A DNA stretch of 60,225 bases, filler included, from Basidioascus undulatus (taxonomy: Eukaryota), in assembly GCA_000826855.1 (NCBI GenBank). It is 4 parts of 4 records of this genome, joined end to end, with 100 filler letters (N's around TTAATTAATTAA, not from the genome) between each part and the next. Parts side by side here need not be neighbours in the genome. Positions count along the whole stretch, not along the records: positions 30,291 to 60,225 come from JTLS01000119.1; 3 more parts are not named here. One strand, written 5' to 3'. Below, piece by piece: positions 35,132 to 47,057 of the stretch; position 1 is the first letter of the stretch, and each line of letters begins with the position of its first letter. The translations under genes were made by a program, and so were the position numbers. The notes below the pieces were generated by a model. The model did no database searches and was not told where the DNA came from. It worked only from the letters and a program-made list of their open reading frames with translations.

Positions 35132-37949
35132 TGGTACTTAATATAAAGAGTTCAATAAATACCGCAGGCTATCTGACCTGAGAAAGAGAAACACATCACC
35201 CTACACACACACACACACCAGAACAGCATGACAGCTCCGACCAACAGATCCAAGAGTTGTTGCTGTTTCCATAGGTATACCGACTTTGAGATCCCAGATA
35301 AACATTCCAGAAGGTCTCCGAAACAAGGGGCAGCTTCCCGCGAGAGGTCATTGCGGACTTGCGTGGGCCACATCAAGCCTAGTTCGTTCAGTCCGCTTGC
35401 CCTTAGCCCGCCATCAATACTTTACCGTTAATGAAGGGGCGTAAAATGTTTAATTCAAGGATGGGCGCATTCTTTGAAAGCCCCGCCCGTGCCGAAGGCA
35501 GCCCGTCCAAGTGTAGGCATGGAAAGTCACGTAAAGGGTCCCGGACAAGTTCCTCAAATCCCAGAGCCGAGGTTCCAATTATAAAACACCCTTTACAGAG
35601 ACACAACCCAGAAGAAGTCCAGTCGCTACTGGTGGGCAACGGTACCTAAGGGGAGCACGCGGTGACTCGTCGCCGACGTAGTCCTTCAACTCTCCTTCCC
35701 TCTCACCAACCTCTTCCAAAGCCGCTTAATCCGCTGATAATTTACTCGTTAAAAGTTCTGCTTGGATGTACTCTCTACTTCTGCTCAAGTAATCTGCACA
35801 AAGGCACCATGCCCCGCGCCATTCGTTCTCGCCCGTTTGAGGGCTTCTAAGTACTTCATCAACGATACACACCAAGACCGCGTGGTGGACATCTACCAAT
35901 CCATTGCAACCACTTGATGTAGATATTCTAAAACATGACTGGCTGTGTGTAGCTCCGCGACGTCCTCGAGGAGGCAAGCGCCACAGACGTCTCGTCGAAC
36001 GCCTTTAAGTACAGCGTCGATGTGGACGTGGTCACGCACATCGTCACCAAGACCTTGGCTTCCGGAGATCAACCTTCTCGACCTTGGCAGAGTCCATATC
36101 ATCACGGTACGCTGTGAGGAGCGGGCGGGATGGGACCATGTCTGAGCCAGCTGCGCTGCACACTTTGCCCTCACGCAAGTGCTGCGCTGACGTCGTCGAG
36201 CGGGATTACTTGGCAGCCAGCCTGGGTCTACAAGACCCTCGCTCTCTAGAGCATAAACAACCTCCACAGGTCTCGCGGTGAGCGCAAGAAGTGCGACTCC
36301 TCACGTCCGACCCCCGAGCCGCCTTTGCCCAAGCGCTCGCGCTCAAGGGACAAGAGCAGGAGAGACGCAGCACGATCTACACTTCCAGGTTGACGCCCGA
36401 GTTCTCCCAAGAATGGTTTGCCCGACAGCGGGGGGGAAGGAGGGGCGGTGAAGGGGGCGGTGAAGGGGAAGGGAATGGACGTACCAAGGACGCTCTGGTG
36501 CGTACCTGCCTACATGTCGTTCTTTAACCTGTCCTCGACCCACTCAAGGACTTATTGTTTGCAGAAGCGGTCCTCGCAACGCCTTCAGACGCCTTCGTTT
36601 GGGCGATCGCCATCAATACCTTGGCCGGGGACGAAGAAGACGGCCAGGTGAGCCTCTTGCATTGGGAGCCTGCCACGAGCGTTGCGTGCCGATGGAGGAC
36701 TTACTGTAACGATGGTCTGGAAGTATTACGTCCCATACCATTATCTGACAGAGGTGCGGAGCAGTTCGTTCCCGCCGCCATAGCCGCCCGATACGCTAAC
36801 ACGACTGGGTGCGCAGATCGGTCGCTTGCTCACCCTCTACCCGCACGACAGGAACTTTGAGACCAGCTTCTATGCCCCGACACCCGCATCTGTGAGAACA
36901 ACCTGCGGCGTCTTGGTTCATCACTTGATGCTGTCAGTTTTGGGGTACAGACGGCTTCGTGACTTGCCTCTGCTTCAAGGACATCCCTTTCGGGCCGCAC
37001 CCCGACATGACGAGCGGTCGCACGCCCAACGGCCCCATCCATCTCCGACGTTACGAGGGTAGGCAGATGGCCCCAGATCTTTCGATCTTGGGCATGCACT
37101 AATGTCCGGTTACGAATAAACGTCGCCGGGGTACGCACGTCCACGTCGCGCGTGGGCCCGCTTCGACTCAACCCCGCAAGGTGCGCGTGGTACTTCAGCT
37201 TGCAGCTTCATTCCCTTACATGGAATGAATTCGGTTACCCTTAACGAATTTCCTTCCTCAAGAACCTTTCTCCGACGTGTCGGTGATATCGTTTCAGGCG
37301 CTGAGCTTTGCTTTGCCACCCATCTCTGCATCCGTCGCTGACAAGCCACCTTTAACTTTCCCCAGTCCGCCTTTCTTGCTGTCTGCCGTCCTAAAAAAGG
37401 TTAATGTTTGCCCTGTTAATAGCAAACAAGTCCTGTGTATTCCAATCGAGCTTCGTGATGACCTTCTTGGAATGTTAAGTGATTAGAAACCCGATGTCAC
37501 TCTGTTTGAGATATATGATACTTGACATACTTTAGAGGTCCGGTACCTCTGAGAAGATTCAGTCTGAAAGTTTTTACCACCCGGGATGCGTGCATGCGGT
37601 GCAGACACGGGTCAGAAATTGAGCGTGCATCATCGGCGTTGCATTGCAGCCTTGGCTTCTGGTGTGGACTGCATCGCAGCGCAATGTACGCTATTTCGTC
37701 CATGTAATTCTGACCGAAAAACTCATCCGTAACATATTTGATCATCGTTTTCCGTAGTGAGAATGGAGGATCCGCCTTCACTGTCCAGTAAAACGCTCAG
37801 GCATTGGAGTACGACCACCAGGTTCTCCGCACACGTACACCAGGGTAACAGCCTTGCATGAAGAATGAATAACAGATAACCGTAGTAGTACAAAATCTCT
37901 TCCAAATTATGTGGGTATCGTATCCGGCAAGTCGTGGCGCCGTGCGTAC

Positions 37950-40568
37950 TTAAAGGGTGTAGCGGAATGTAGGAGAACCCTCGATCTCGGCGCGCTTGCC
38001 CTGGTCGGCGCGCTTGTTCTGGATTGCGAAGTAGATCGCGCTGGCTCCCGCAATAGCGATGATCATGAGCTGGCATGCGATGGTCGCCCAGAGACCAGGG
38101 AGGCTGTTTCGGCAGCAACGCTGTCAGTTGGTAGTCTGTGGTCGGAGCTCTACTTCATACGCACTATGCAGGGGCATCTTGCTGACGGTAGACAGTGGAA
38201 GCGAAGATGCCGCCAATGGCACCTGGTGAATGGGCACGGTCGTCATCATGCCGTCCTAATTTAACATAACGCGGATGGATTGACGTACCGAAGCCGACCA
38301 CCAGGGCGCTGCTCACAGCGCGCTTAGATTGACCGCGGATGTTGTTGGCGTTCCAGGCCAGAACCTGAGACAAAATAAACATGAGTAAATGAAACCGGGG
38401 GGAGCGTTCAGCGGCAACACTCACAGCGGGGATGTTGCCCTGGCACCCAGCGATGCCGAGGACTGCGTGCAGCGCTCACAGCGTCAGCCTGCTTCTTCTG
38501 CCATACAGCCAGATTCTATCATTAAGCCTTGACCTACAAGTTCCGAAGTAGCGAACTCCGTTGTTCTTGTGGTAGGCCGTGATGGCAAGCCCAACGATCG
38601 AAATCGTCGCTTGGAGGATGATGAAGAGCGACCGGACGCTGTACTTGTCGGCGAGGCGGGCGAGGACCAAGCAGACGATGACGGTCTGATCAGGGGGAGG
38701 CGCGGGGGAGAGGAATGGAAGGAGTCGTATAAGCATGTGGATAGGAACGAGGTAGTGGGGATGAAGAGCAGCATTTGGGTCTCACCGTCACGTAAGGGGG
38801 CGCACTCAGGAGCTGGGAGTCGCGAACCGAGTAGCCGAACCCCCGGAGGATAATGGGCAGGAAGTAGGAGAACGCATATGCAGGCATGGTGCTCTAATTC
38901 ATGAAAGAAAGACATTAGTACCGGGTATGATCGAGGGCGGCGAAGGTGAAGAAGGCAGCGAGGGTGCCGAGGCTGCGGGCACGTGAGCGAAGGAATTGAA
39001 ACACGCACACCCATGAACATTAGAGCAGACGCCCAGAGCTTCAGGTCGCAAAGGTAACGGCCAGTCTTGGCAAGAGTGAGGGCTGCGGACGAGCAGTGTA
39101 AGCGATCCCAGCTTTGATGCCTACGCCTGCAACGCAAAGGCCACTCACGGTCGTGAACCTGGTCCCCACGGTCTTCCTCGATGCGGCGGAGGACGAGCTT
39201 CTTCTGTTCGGACGTGAGGTATGTGTTCTGCAGGCGGTGCCAGAAGTGAGCAAGCGTTATCGGAGCGGGAGAGGTAGAACGGCGGGTTCCCTACCCGGTC
39301 AGGGAAGTCGATGATCAAAAACCAGGCAAGGATTCCGAGAGCGCATGTAGCGACACCCTCGATGATGAAGATCCACCTAGTGAAAGGGCGTCAATTAGGC
39401 TCTCGAGCAGACCGGATCTGGGATGGAGTCTGGCACGAGAAGCTTACCGCCAGCCGCGAATGCCGGACGTGCCCTCCATGAGTGAAAGCGCCCAGGCGAT
39501 GATGGCGGCGAAGCCAGACACGCCGACAGACATGAGGTAGAAGAAAGCCAGCCTAGTAGATCAATGCTTTTCTAGTCAATGGTGCGCCGGCGTGCAGAAG
39601 TGAATAGTGGACGACTCACCGGACCTGGACCTCGTAACGGGTAAACCAGCAAGTGATCAAGAACGCGCAGCCGGGGAAGAATCTGTGGTTTATTAGTACA
39701 TGCCTTACCAGAGCGTAGGTGATCGACATACCCAGCCTCGAAGAGTCCCAGCAGAGTGCGACAGACGACGAGCATCCGCCAATCCTTCACGAAACCCATT
39801 CCGACTGTGGACGCAAGGCTCAGCGTTCCAAGCCTCAATCTGACACCGAAAATAGAGCAGCTTACTCATGACGGCCCCCCAGGCAAGGACGATGAAGGCA
39901 AGTAGGTTTCGCGGTCCAACTTTCCGAATCACCTGGACACGGCCTGAGGTCAGTCCTGATGCAGGCTGCGGTGCGTCCAAGCTGCTCACCATGTTGGCGG
40001 GAAGTTCCTGATTGGCGAAGCGTATTTCAGACTAGATACGAGATATACCCAGAAGACAAGTTAAACAAGCACTCACGAAAAGGAAGTAGGGCACGAAGAA
40101 AATGAGAGCTGCTGCCGAGTAGCGCTCACCGACGAACAGCTGCAAGTCCTTCTCCATGCCTACGCGTGCTTGTGAGCGTCTTAATCGATGGAGCAGTACA
40201 TCAGAACTTACCAGCAATGCGTGCATTGGACAAGTTGGTACGGTCTATCAACTACAGGAAACCGTCCGTTCAGCGGTGTAGTGGAGAGGAATGAGAATCA
40301 ACGCACCGAAACCGCATAGAGTGCCCCAAGAATTGGGAGCAAACGAAGGTCGACCTGGCGCCTAATGAAGCAGCAATGTCAGCACACAGTCCGCAGGATG
40401 AGCTCTGTTACAAGGGCTTGATCGTTAAACGCACATCGTCTTCCTTTCAAAGGCCTTGTCAAACTCGGGCTCGCTCCTTTCGCTGGCGGGCTCGCGAGCG
40501 AACGAGTCCTCGACATACTCGAGGCTCTCCTTGTCGCTGGCGTGTTGGCTAAGCTGCTTGTCGGCCAT
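37950..40568 (-). CDS. MFS transporter, anion:cation symporter (ACS; Dal5/Tna1-like) family
   Basis: Motifs: RQVDLRLLPILGALYAVSLIDRTNLSNARIAG, FFVPYFLFELPAN, RTLLGLFEAGFFPGC, GWRWIFIIEG, DFPD, AFSYFLPII, QLLSAPPY, NNIRGQSKRAV, YRQQDAP. Ends EGSPTFRYTL*. Confidence 0.93.
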
Positions 40569-41466
40569 CTCCTCAGCGCTGCGCTGTGTCGTCGCGTCGG
40601 TGTCGGGGGTGGTTTCGAGTTGTAGGTGTTGCTGACGCTCGGACGGGGGAAGGCGGGGAAGAACGCGGGGTGCGGGGAAGTTTGTAGGGAAAGGAACAGG
40701 TCTTGTCTTTGCAACTTTGCATATATCTCCTCCAGGGCACACTGTGCAGCGGACAAGGCACCCCCGAGCATGGCTATCGAGGCGCGAAGTAACTCGTATG
40801 GGCCAGCGAGCGGGTGCAGATCGGGTCCTTCCTTGGCCGTCCAGTCACGCGGGTGCGGTTTATCTCACCCGGGGCAGCTTGATTATGCGCTCCCACACCC
40901 AATCTTGTCCCGTATCTTTTGCCGAGGCTGATGACCAGGCCAGACAGTCCTGCAGCGAGGGAAGACGAACTGCGCCGGCCAAGCGGCGGACCGGCCAGCC
41001 GGCGAAGTCGGTGTCCCGCCAGGCTGTCTTTCTTTCCTTCAGCCAGAATTTGGGCGAGCTTCTTGCGCTGATCGAAGGCTAAGCAGGGGTAAAGAGACCA
41101 TGATCGACCTGTCCCGGTGGGGGTGGGGAGCGCCCAGATTCTTGCACTGTTACCCGCGTGACCCACACGTGAGGGCTTTCTTCCTCCACGACGTGCCTTG
41201 CAATCAGGATTCAGTAGTTACACGACCGGTTATCTTGAAAGGACCCGGCAATCACTGATGTGCCGGTTGACAGGCGGGAACTCTCCGCGACTGAATGATA
41301 CAGCCACGAGTTGGGGCGCGAGCGAGCGAGCAATCGGAGGATTCGCAACTCAATGGTCTATGCGGGACTGAGTGGGAGTGCGCGAGGGAGGGAAATTCCC
41401 ATTGTATCGTACAAGAAGCGGGTATCCGGGATCAATCAACTGAAACCCTACTGTCTCTCTCTCATC

Positions 41467-43138
41467 TCAGAACTTGTACTCCGCCTCGACCTCCCCGCCG
41501 AAGAGCGGGCCTATCGCGTTGCGCGCGGAGAGCAGCGCCATCGCCGTGCGCGTCTCGACGGTTGCGGATCCTGTTAACACGGTCACATGCAAGATGTTCA
41601 GAATAAAACTGAATCATACTGTTTGTGTGTCGAAAAGTGGGTTGCTCACCGATGTGCGGCAGGACGACGCAGCGGTCCTCCTTGACGAGCGGGTGGTCCG
41701 CGCCGATCGAAGGCTCGCCCTCGATGACGTCCAGGCCGGCGCCGGCAATCTGCCCCTCCTTGAGCGCCTTGGCCAGCGCGTCGTTATCCTATCCCACACG
41801 CCACTCCTCATAAGCCAAACTATCCTCCCACTCCCACCGGAGGCAACTCTCCCCTGGCACGGGCCACCGTGGACGAAACGACGACTCACCACGAGCCCCC
41901 CGCGCCCCACGTTAACGAGCACCGCAGTGCGCTTCATCTTCCCCAAAAAGTCAGAGGACACCACGTGCTTCGTCTCCGGCGTCAAGCCCGCGAGGAGGAT
42001 GACCGCGTCCGACTCGCTCGCGAGCGCGTCGAGCGAGGCAGCACGCGCGACTGGCACGCCCCACTTCTGGGACAGGCCGGCATCCCGCTCGGAGCGGTCG
42101 TGCCTCCCGGAGTCGATGTATGTGATGCTTGAGACGCCGAAACCGATCAGGCGCTACGATTTGGGGGTAAGAGTTAGAGGAAGAGGGAGGAGGGGGAAAG
42201 GAAGACGGAGAGGGAGAGGGAGACGTACGTTCGCGGTAGCCTGCGCGATCCGCCCGAACCCGAAGAACCCAATCTTCTTGCCCTTCGGCTCGTACCCCGC
42301 ATACAGCAGCGGGCCCCAGCCGACGCTCGGCCACTCTCCCCTCTCGACGAACCGCACAGCCTGCACTCACGGGGATCAGCGCGCTTGCCCTGACTGCGCT
42401 GGGAAGGCAAAGGCCCACCTCGCCAGCTCGCCGCGTCGCCATCAGGTAGAGCATGGCGGAAATGTCCGCTGTCGCGTCGGTCAGAAGCTCGGGCGTGTAG
42501 CCGAGCTTCACACCGCGCTTCTTGAAGGCTGCAAGTTCACAGTGGTCGTAACTGGAAAGAGAATGTCAGGACTTGCTCCAGAGGTCACACATCATTTTGA
42601 GAAACGTCTTACCCAACAGACAGCGTGGAGACGACCTTAAGGTCCGGTCCCGCTGGAGGTGCATGTGCAGGGTGAGCTCTTTGCATCGGTACGGCTGCGT
42701 GAGGCTGCCGGGAGCGCACCTGCTTCCAAAAGAGCCTCGTCCACCTTTACGAAGCGAGATGAAGACCCATCTCAGCCATTCCTGTTCAGTTTCCACTAAG
42801 GGATGATACAGTGCTCACCTTGTCAGACAGCATCACCAGCAGCCCCGACGCGCCCTTCGCATTCTCCAGCAGCCAGTCCCGGGGCGCTGACCGGTCTTCC
42901 GGCCAAGTGACGACCTAGTCACAAGCAAAGCGAATTCATCAGCTGCTCTCCTCTCCTCCCGGCTGTCGCTACGCACCTCGACGCCCTCCTTCTTTCGCAG
43001 CAGGTCCATCGCCTCGGGCATGAGCTCACGGGTGACGACGATCTTCTTCGCTGCACTCATAGTGTTGGTGGTGGAGAACAAGCGAGCGGGGGAGGGTGCA
43101 GCTCGGCGGAGGAAGGAGAGACGGGCGGCGGCGAGCAT
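41467..43138 (-). CDS. D-isomer-specific 2-hydroxyacid dehydrogenase (glyoxylate/hydroxypyruvate reductase-like)
   Basis: Motifs: KIVVTRELMPEA, GLLVMLSDK, KLGYTPELLTDATAD, Rossmann KIGFFGFGRIA, MKRTAVLVNVGRGGLV (catalytic Arg), GLDVIEGEP (Glu), VVLPHIGSATVETR (His). Ends EAEYKF*. Confidence 0.92.
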
Positions 43139-43498
43139 CCGGTAGGAGTTCAACGAGCGTGGAGCGTGCTCTATGTAATGTCGAGATTGAGGGGTCGATT
43201 GGCAGGCGAAGGAAGACGTAAACTGCCGCGGGAAGACGTGGGTAGGCGGCGCTTGCTTCCGGAGCGGCGCTCCCGGCCCGCAAGTCTCCGAGGCTCCAAG
43301 CGGGACGCCGAGCGGGCAATAACTTTCCAGGACACTTTGAGACGATAACGATACGAGTAAATAATCGCACTGATGTAATTTTGGTCCATAATTGATTGTA
43401 ACAGGGAGCTGGTCTGGGAAAACAAAAAATGGTTGCCTAGGTGCGAAGGACATTTGGGAAAGGGATTCTGAATGGTCCAATGTCAGCGTCTTCCAGAA

Positions 43499-43576
43499 GC
43501 TTGGCTGGGGTAGTGGTAACCTGGGTCGTTGCCACTAGAATTCGACCCGCCCCGTGTTCGATTCACGGGTCAAGCA
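43499..43576 (+). tRNA. tRNA-Gly(GCC) with a 7-nt intron
   Basis: Acceptor stem GCTTGGC/GTCAAGC plus discriminator A. D arm GGGT-AGTGGTA-ACCT. Anticodon arm GGTCG-TT GCC A[CTAGAAT]T-CGACC. T arm CCGTG-TTCGATT-CACGG. T-rich tract downstream. Confidence 0.9.
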
Positions 43577-43860
43577 TTATTTTGTATGGTGTCTCTCAAC
43601 ACCAGAGTTTACTTTTTGTACTTTATTTCATCCCTGCCATTTTTTATGTGAAGTGACTTGATATTTTGCCGGCACAAATCACTTAGGAAGCGCTACTGCA
43701 AAGTGTGGACGGACAAAATCCGCAACGAATTCATGCTGGGCCGAAAGCAATGCGAAATCTCACATTTCCCTTTCCTTGCCGTGCGTCTTCTCCGCCCGCC
43801 TACCCCCTTCCCTAGTCCTCCTCTCCTCACCCGCTCGTTCTCGAACTTTTTCTGGGGACG

Positions 43861-46098
43861 ATGCCCTCTCACGTCATTTTCGAGTCTAGCGCTGGCTACG
43901 GCCTGTTCGTCGTCGAGCAGGCCGAGGAGATCGGCGCAAAGACCAAGGCCGTCCAGGAGCAGATCCAAGACTACGCAAAGTTCTCCAAGATGGTCACCCT
44001 CAAGTCCTTTGCCCCCTTCCGCGACGCCGCCCACGCCCTCGACAACGCCAACGCCGTCAGCGAAGGTTAGACTGGCTGTTTTCCCGGGGATATCGGGCAG
44101 GAGGGCGGGTGGGAGGCGAGCGGGAGTGGAGCCGGGCGAAGGGGGAAGGAGCAAGATGAGGGACTGGTGCCATGGTCAGACTGCGAATCTGACACTTCCC
44201 CTACACACCCCGCTAGGCATTCTCCACGACCACCTCAAGTCCCTCCTTGAGCAGAACCTCCCCCGCGGCTCCAAGTCCGGTGTCGTCCTCGGTGTCTCCG
44301 ACCGCGCCCTTGCGACCTCGATCAAGCAGGAGCTCGCGATCGAGGGTGACGTCTCTGACCTCTCGCTCGAGATCATCCGCGGCGTCCGTCTCCACGCCGA
44401 GAAGCTCCTCGGCGCGTTCCAGGAGGGCGACCTCCGTCTTGCGCAGCTCGGTCTCGGTCACTCGTACTCTCGTGCGAAGGTCAAGGTACGCCTCTTTTCC
44501 TCGCAGTCCTGTGAAGAGGGTGTTTGTGAGACTGAGAGAGTGTTGGGACGTGACAGTTCAACGTCAACCGCTCCGACAACATGATCATCCAGGCGATCGC
44601 CCTCCTCGACCAGCTCGACAAGGACATCAACACGTTCGCGATGCGCGTGCGCGAGTGGTACGGCTGGCACTTCCCGGAGCTGGTCAAGATCGTGCCGGAC
44701 AACCACCAGTACGCGAAGGCTGCGAAGCTGATCGGCGACAAGTCGACGCTGTCGGAGGAGCACCTGCCCGCGCTGACGGAGCTGCTCGACGATGACGAGA
44801 CGCGGGCGCGCAACGTGCTCGACGCGGCGCGCAGCTCGATGGGCACCGATATCAGCCCGATCGACCTCATCAACATCTCCAACTTTGCCGAGCGCGTCGT
44901 CAACCTCGCCGACTACCGCAAGAGCCTCCATGCGTACCTCCTCGAGAAGATGCACCTCGTCGCGCCCAACCTCTCTGCGCTCATCGGCGAGACCGTCGGC
45001 GCCCGCCTCATCAGCCACGCGGGCTCCCTCACCAACTTGTCCAAGTACCCCGCGTCTACCGTCCAGATCCTCGGCGCTGAGAAGGCGCTCTTCCGCGCGC
45101 TCAAGACCAAGGGCAACACGCCCAAGGTGCGCCTCTCTTCAATCGCTTTTCCAAGCCCTTTACCACTGACGCATTGCTGCCTTACCCCAGTACGGTCTCA
45201 TCTTCCACTCCTCCTTCATCGGTCGCGCCGCGGCGAAGAACAAGGGCCGGATCTCCCGCTTCCTGGCCAACAAGGCTACCATCGCCTCCCGCATTGACTG
45301 CTTCACCGGTACGTCTTCGTTCCCGACCACAACCTCCTTCCGTATTGCGTTCTTAGCCTCGCCGTGCCTTTCAGACAACCCCACCACCAAGTTCGGCGAG
45401 GCGCTGAGGGGTCAGGTCGAGGAGCGGTTGGCGTTCTACGAGGTGCGCTTCCCCGCTCCCGACATCCTTCTCACCTCGACAGCGGCGCTGACATCGCTTG
45501 TCATTTGTAATGTTGTACAGACCGGCGCTGCCCCGTCCAAGAACAGCGATACGATGCGCAAGGTCCTGGACGCGCTGGCGCTGGACGAGGACGAGGGGTC
45601 GGACGACGAGATGAAGGTGGACGAGGAGAAGGCGGAGAAGAAGGACGAGAAGAAGGAGAAGGTGCGTTTCCCCCGTCCCCCATCTCCCTTCTCTCCTGGA
45701 AGCTGGACTGACCTTGTACGGTACCGTTGATACAGAAGGACAAGAAGAAGCGGAAGAGCGAAGCGATGGACGTCGACGAGCCTGCAGAGGCTGCGGAGAC
45801 GCCCAAGCTGTCCAAGGAGGAGCGCAAGGCAGCTAAGAAGGCCCGCAAAAGTGCTGTTGCTGAGGTCCGTTCGCATTCCCTCCTCACCCCTCCATTCCCT
45901 CGTTCAAGATTGAATCTGACCTGGTTGTGATCCGCAGCTCGAGACCCCTGCCGAAGCGACGCCGTCCAAGAAGGAGAAGAAGGAGAAGAAGGAGAAGAAG
46001 GAGAAGCGTGCGTCTTCTCTCCCCCTTCCCTCCCTCTCCACTCAATCCCCCAAGACTGACCTTGTCTCCGTCGCAACACAGGGAAATCCATCGCATAG
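43861..46098 (+). CDS. NOP56: Nucleolar protein 56 (box C/D snoRNP core protein)
   Basis: Motifs: [123 protein letters not shown]-repeat tail. Ends RKSIA*. Confidence 0.97.
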
Positions 46099-46529
46099 AA
46101 CATTCCGTCTCACCATCCTCCTTCCTTCCCTCTGCTCAAACCTCCTCTTCTCCCGTCCTTTGCTCGTTCTCATTCTTTTCGCTGGCCTATTCTTCGCTTC
46201 GATGCTTGTATAACAATTTCCGTTACCTTTTTTTTCTTTTGCACTGCTTGATATATCTACTGCACGCCTCTCTCACCGGTTGAACACCTGACAACTTTCT
46301 GTTTGATCCGACGGGCATTTGCTTGATGCCGCACTGGAGCTCCGACTACGTCGCAACGACAAATTTGACTCTGCAAATTCCTATGGTATCCGCGCTCCTG
46401 CCATGGACGCAGCAAGAAAATAACGACGGATCATGCCGGGTGTGTTCAAGTGTGTTCGCCGCGTCTCAAGTCTTCCGTCAGCCACTTGGGCGCAAGGAGC
46501 GGTGACACTTTCCTCTCTTCCCGCCACCA

Positions 46530-47057
46530 TCACGACGAACCTACCTTTACTCGCGATCCGATCCTGCCACTATGCCTCTTTAGTTTGTTCGCCAGGCCAT
46601 CGGAGGGAACGACCCGCGCACTGGTGCACCTCTCGTGCGCGTTGCCCTGCCGCGCAGCGATGATGGCGCCGTCGGCATCCTCTTTCCCGTGCTCGATAGC
46701 TTCGAAGTCGTCCCATACTGCGCTGCGCTGCTCGATCATTCGGTGAGAACTCGGCAGCTGCTCATGCAAGGGCTGGAGCTCGACGAGGTCATTATCATCA
46801 TTCGCCTGCTCGATCGGGTACTCGTCATCCGGCAGGGAGCTCGCATAGGCCTTTTGCAGTTCGACGGCCTCTTCCCGCAGAACGACGATCCTTCGCAGGA
46901 GCCGCCTGAACTGCTCATGCTTTGGGCAGTGGACGATACCGAAGACCGCGTAGAGGAGTTGATGAAGAAGGCTGCTGCTGGGTTTGAGAGGTCCGCCATT
47001 GCGACGCTGGGCATCGTCACTTGCGTCTTTCCTGTCGTCCTCGACATCGGATCTCAT
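46530..47057 (-). CDS. Possible hypothetical protein, unrecognised
   Basis: 175-aa ORF with helical, charged composition (FRRLLRRIVVLREEAVELQKAY). No motif recognised; an antisense ORF of similar length also exists. Confidence 0.25.
   Translation of the reverse strand: MRSDVEDDRKDASDDAQRRNGGPLKPSSSLLHQLLYAVFGIVHCPKHEQFRRLLRRIVVLREEAVELQKAYASSLPDDEYPIEQANDDNDLVELQPLHEQLPSSHRMIEQRSAVWDDFEAIEHGKEDADGAIIAARQGNAHERCTSARVVPSDGLANKLKRHSGRIGSRVKVGSS

Noticed and set aside
44486..44556. Box C/D-like motifs (GTGAAGA...CTGA) in a NOP56 intron, as an intronic snoRNA or autoregulatory element
   Set aside because: The C box is imperfect, only ~14 nt separate the boxes, there is no terminal stem, and CTGA is explained by the branch-point consensus found in most introns here.
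45968..46006. (AAGAAGGAG)n repeat as an independent element
   Set aside because: It encodes the well-known KKE tail of Nop56.
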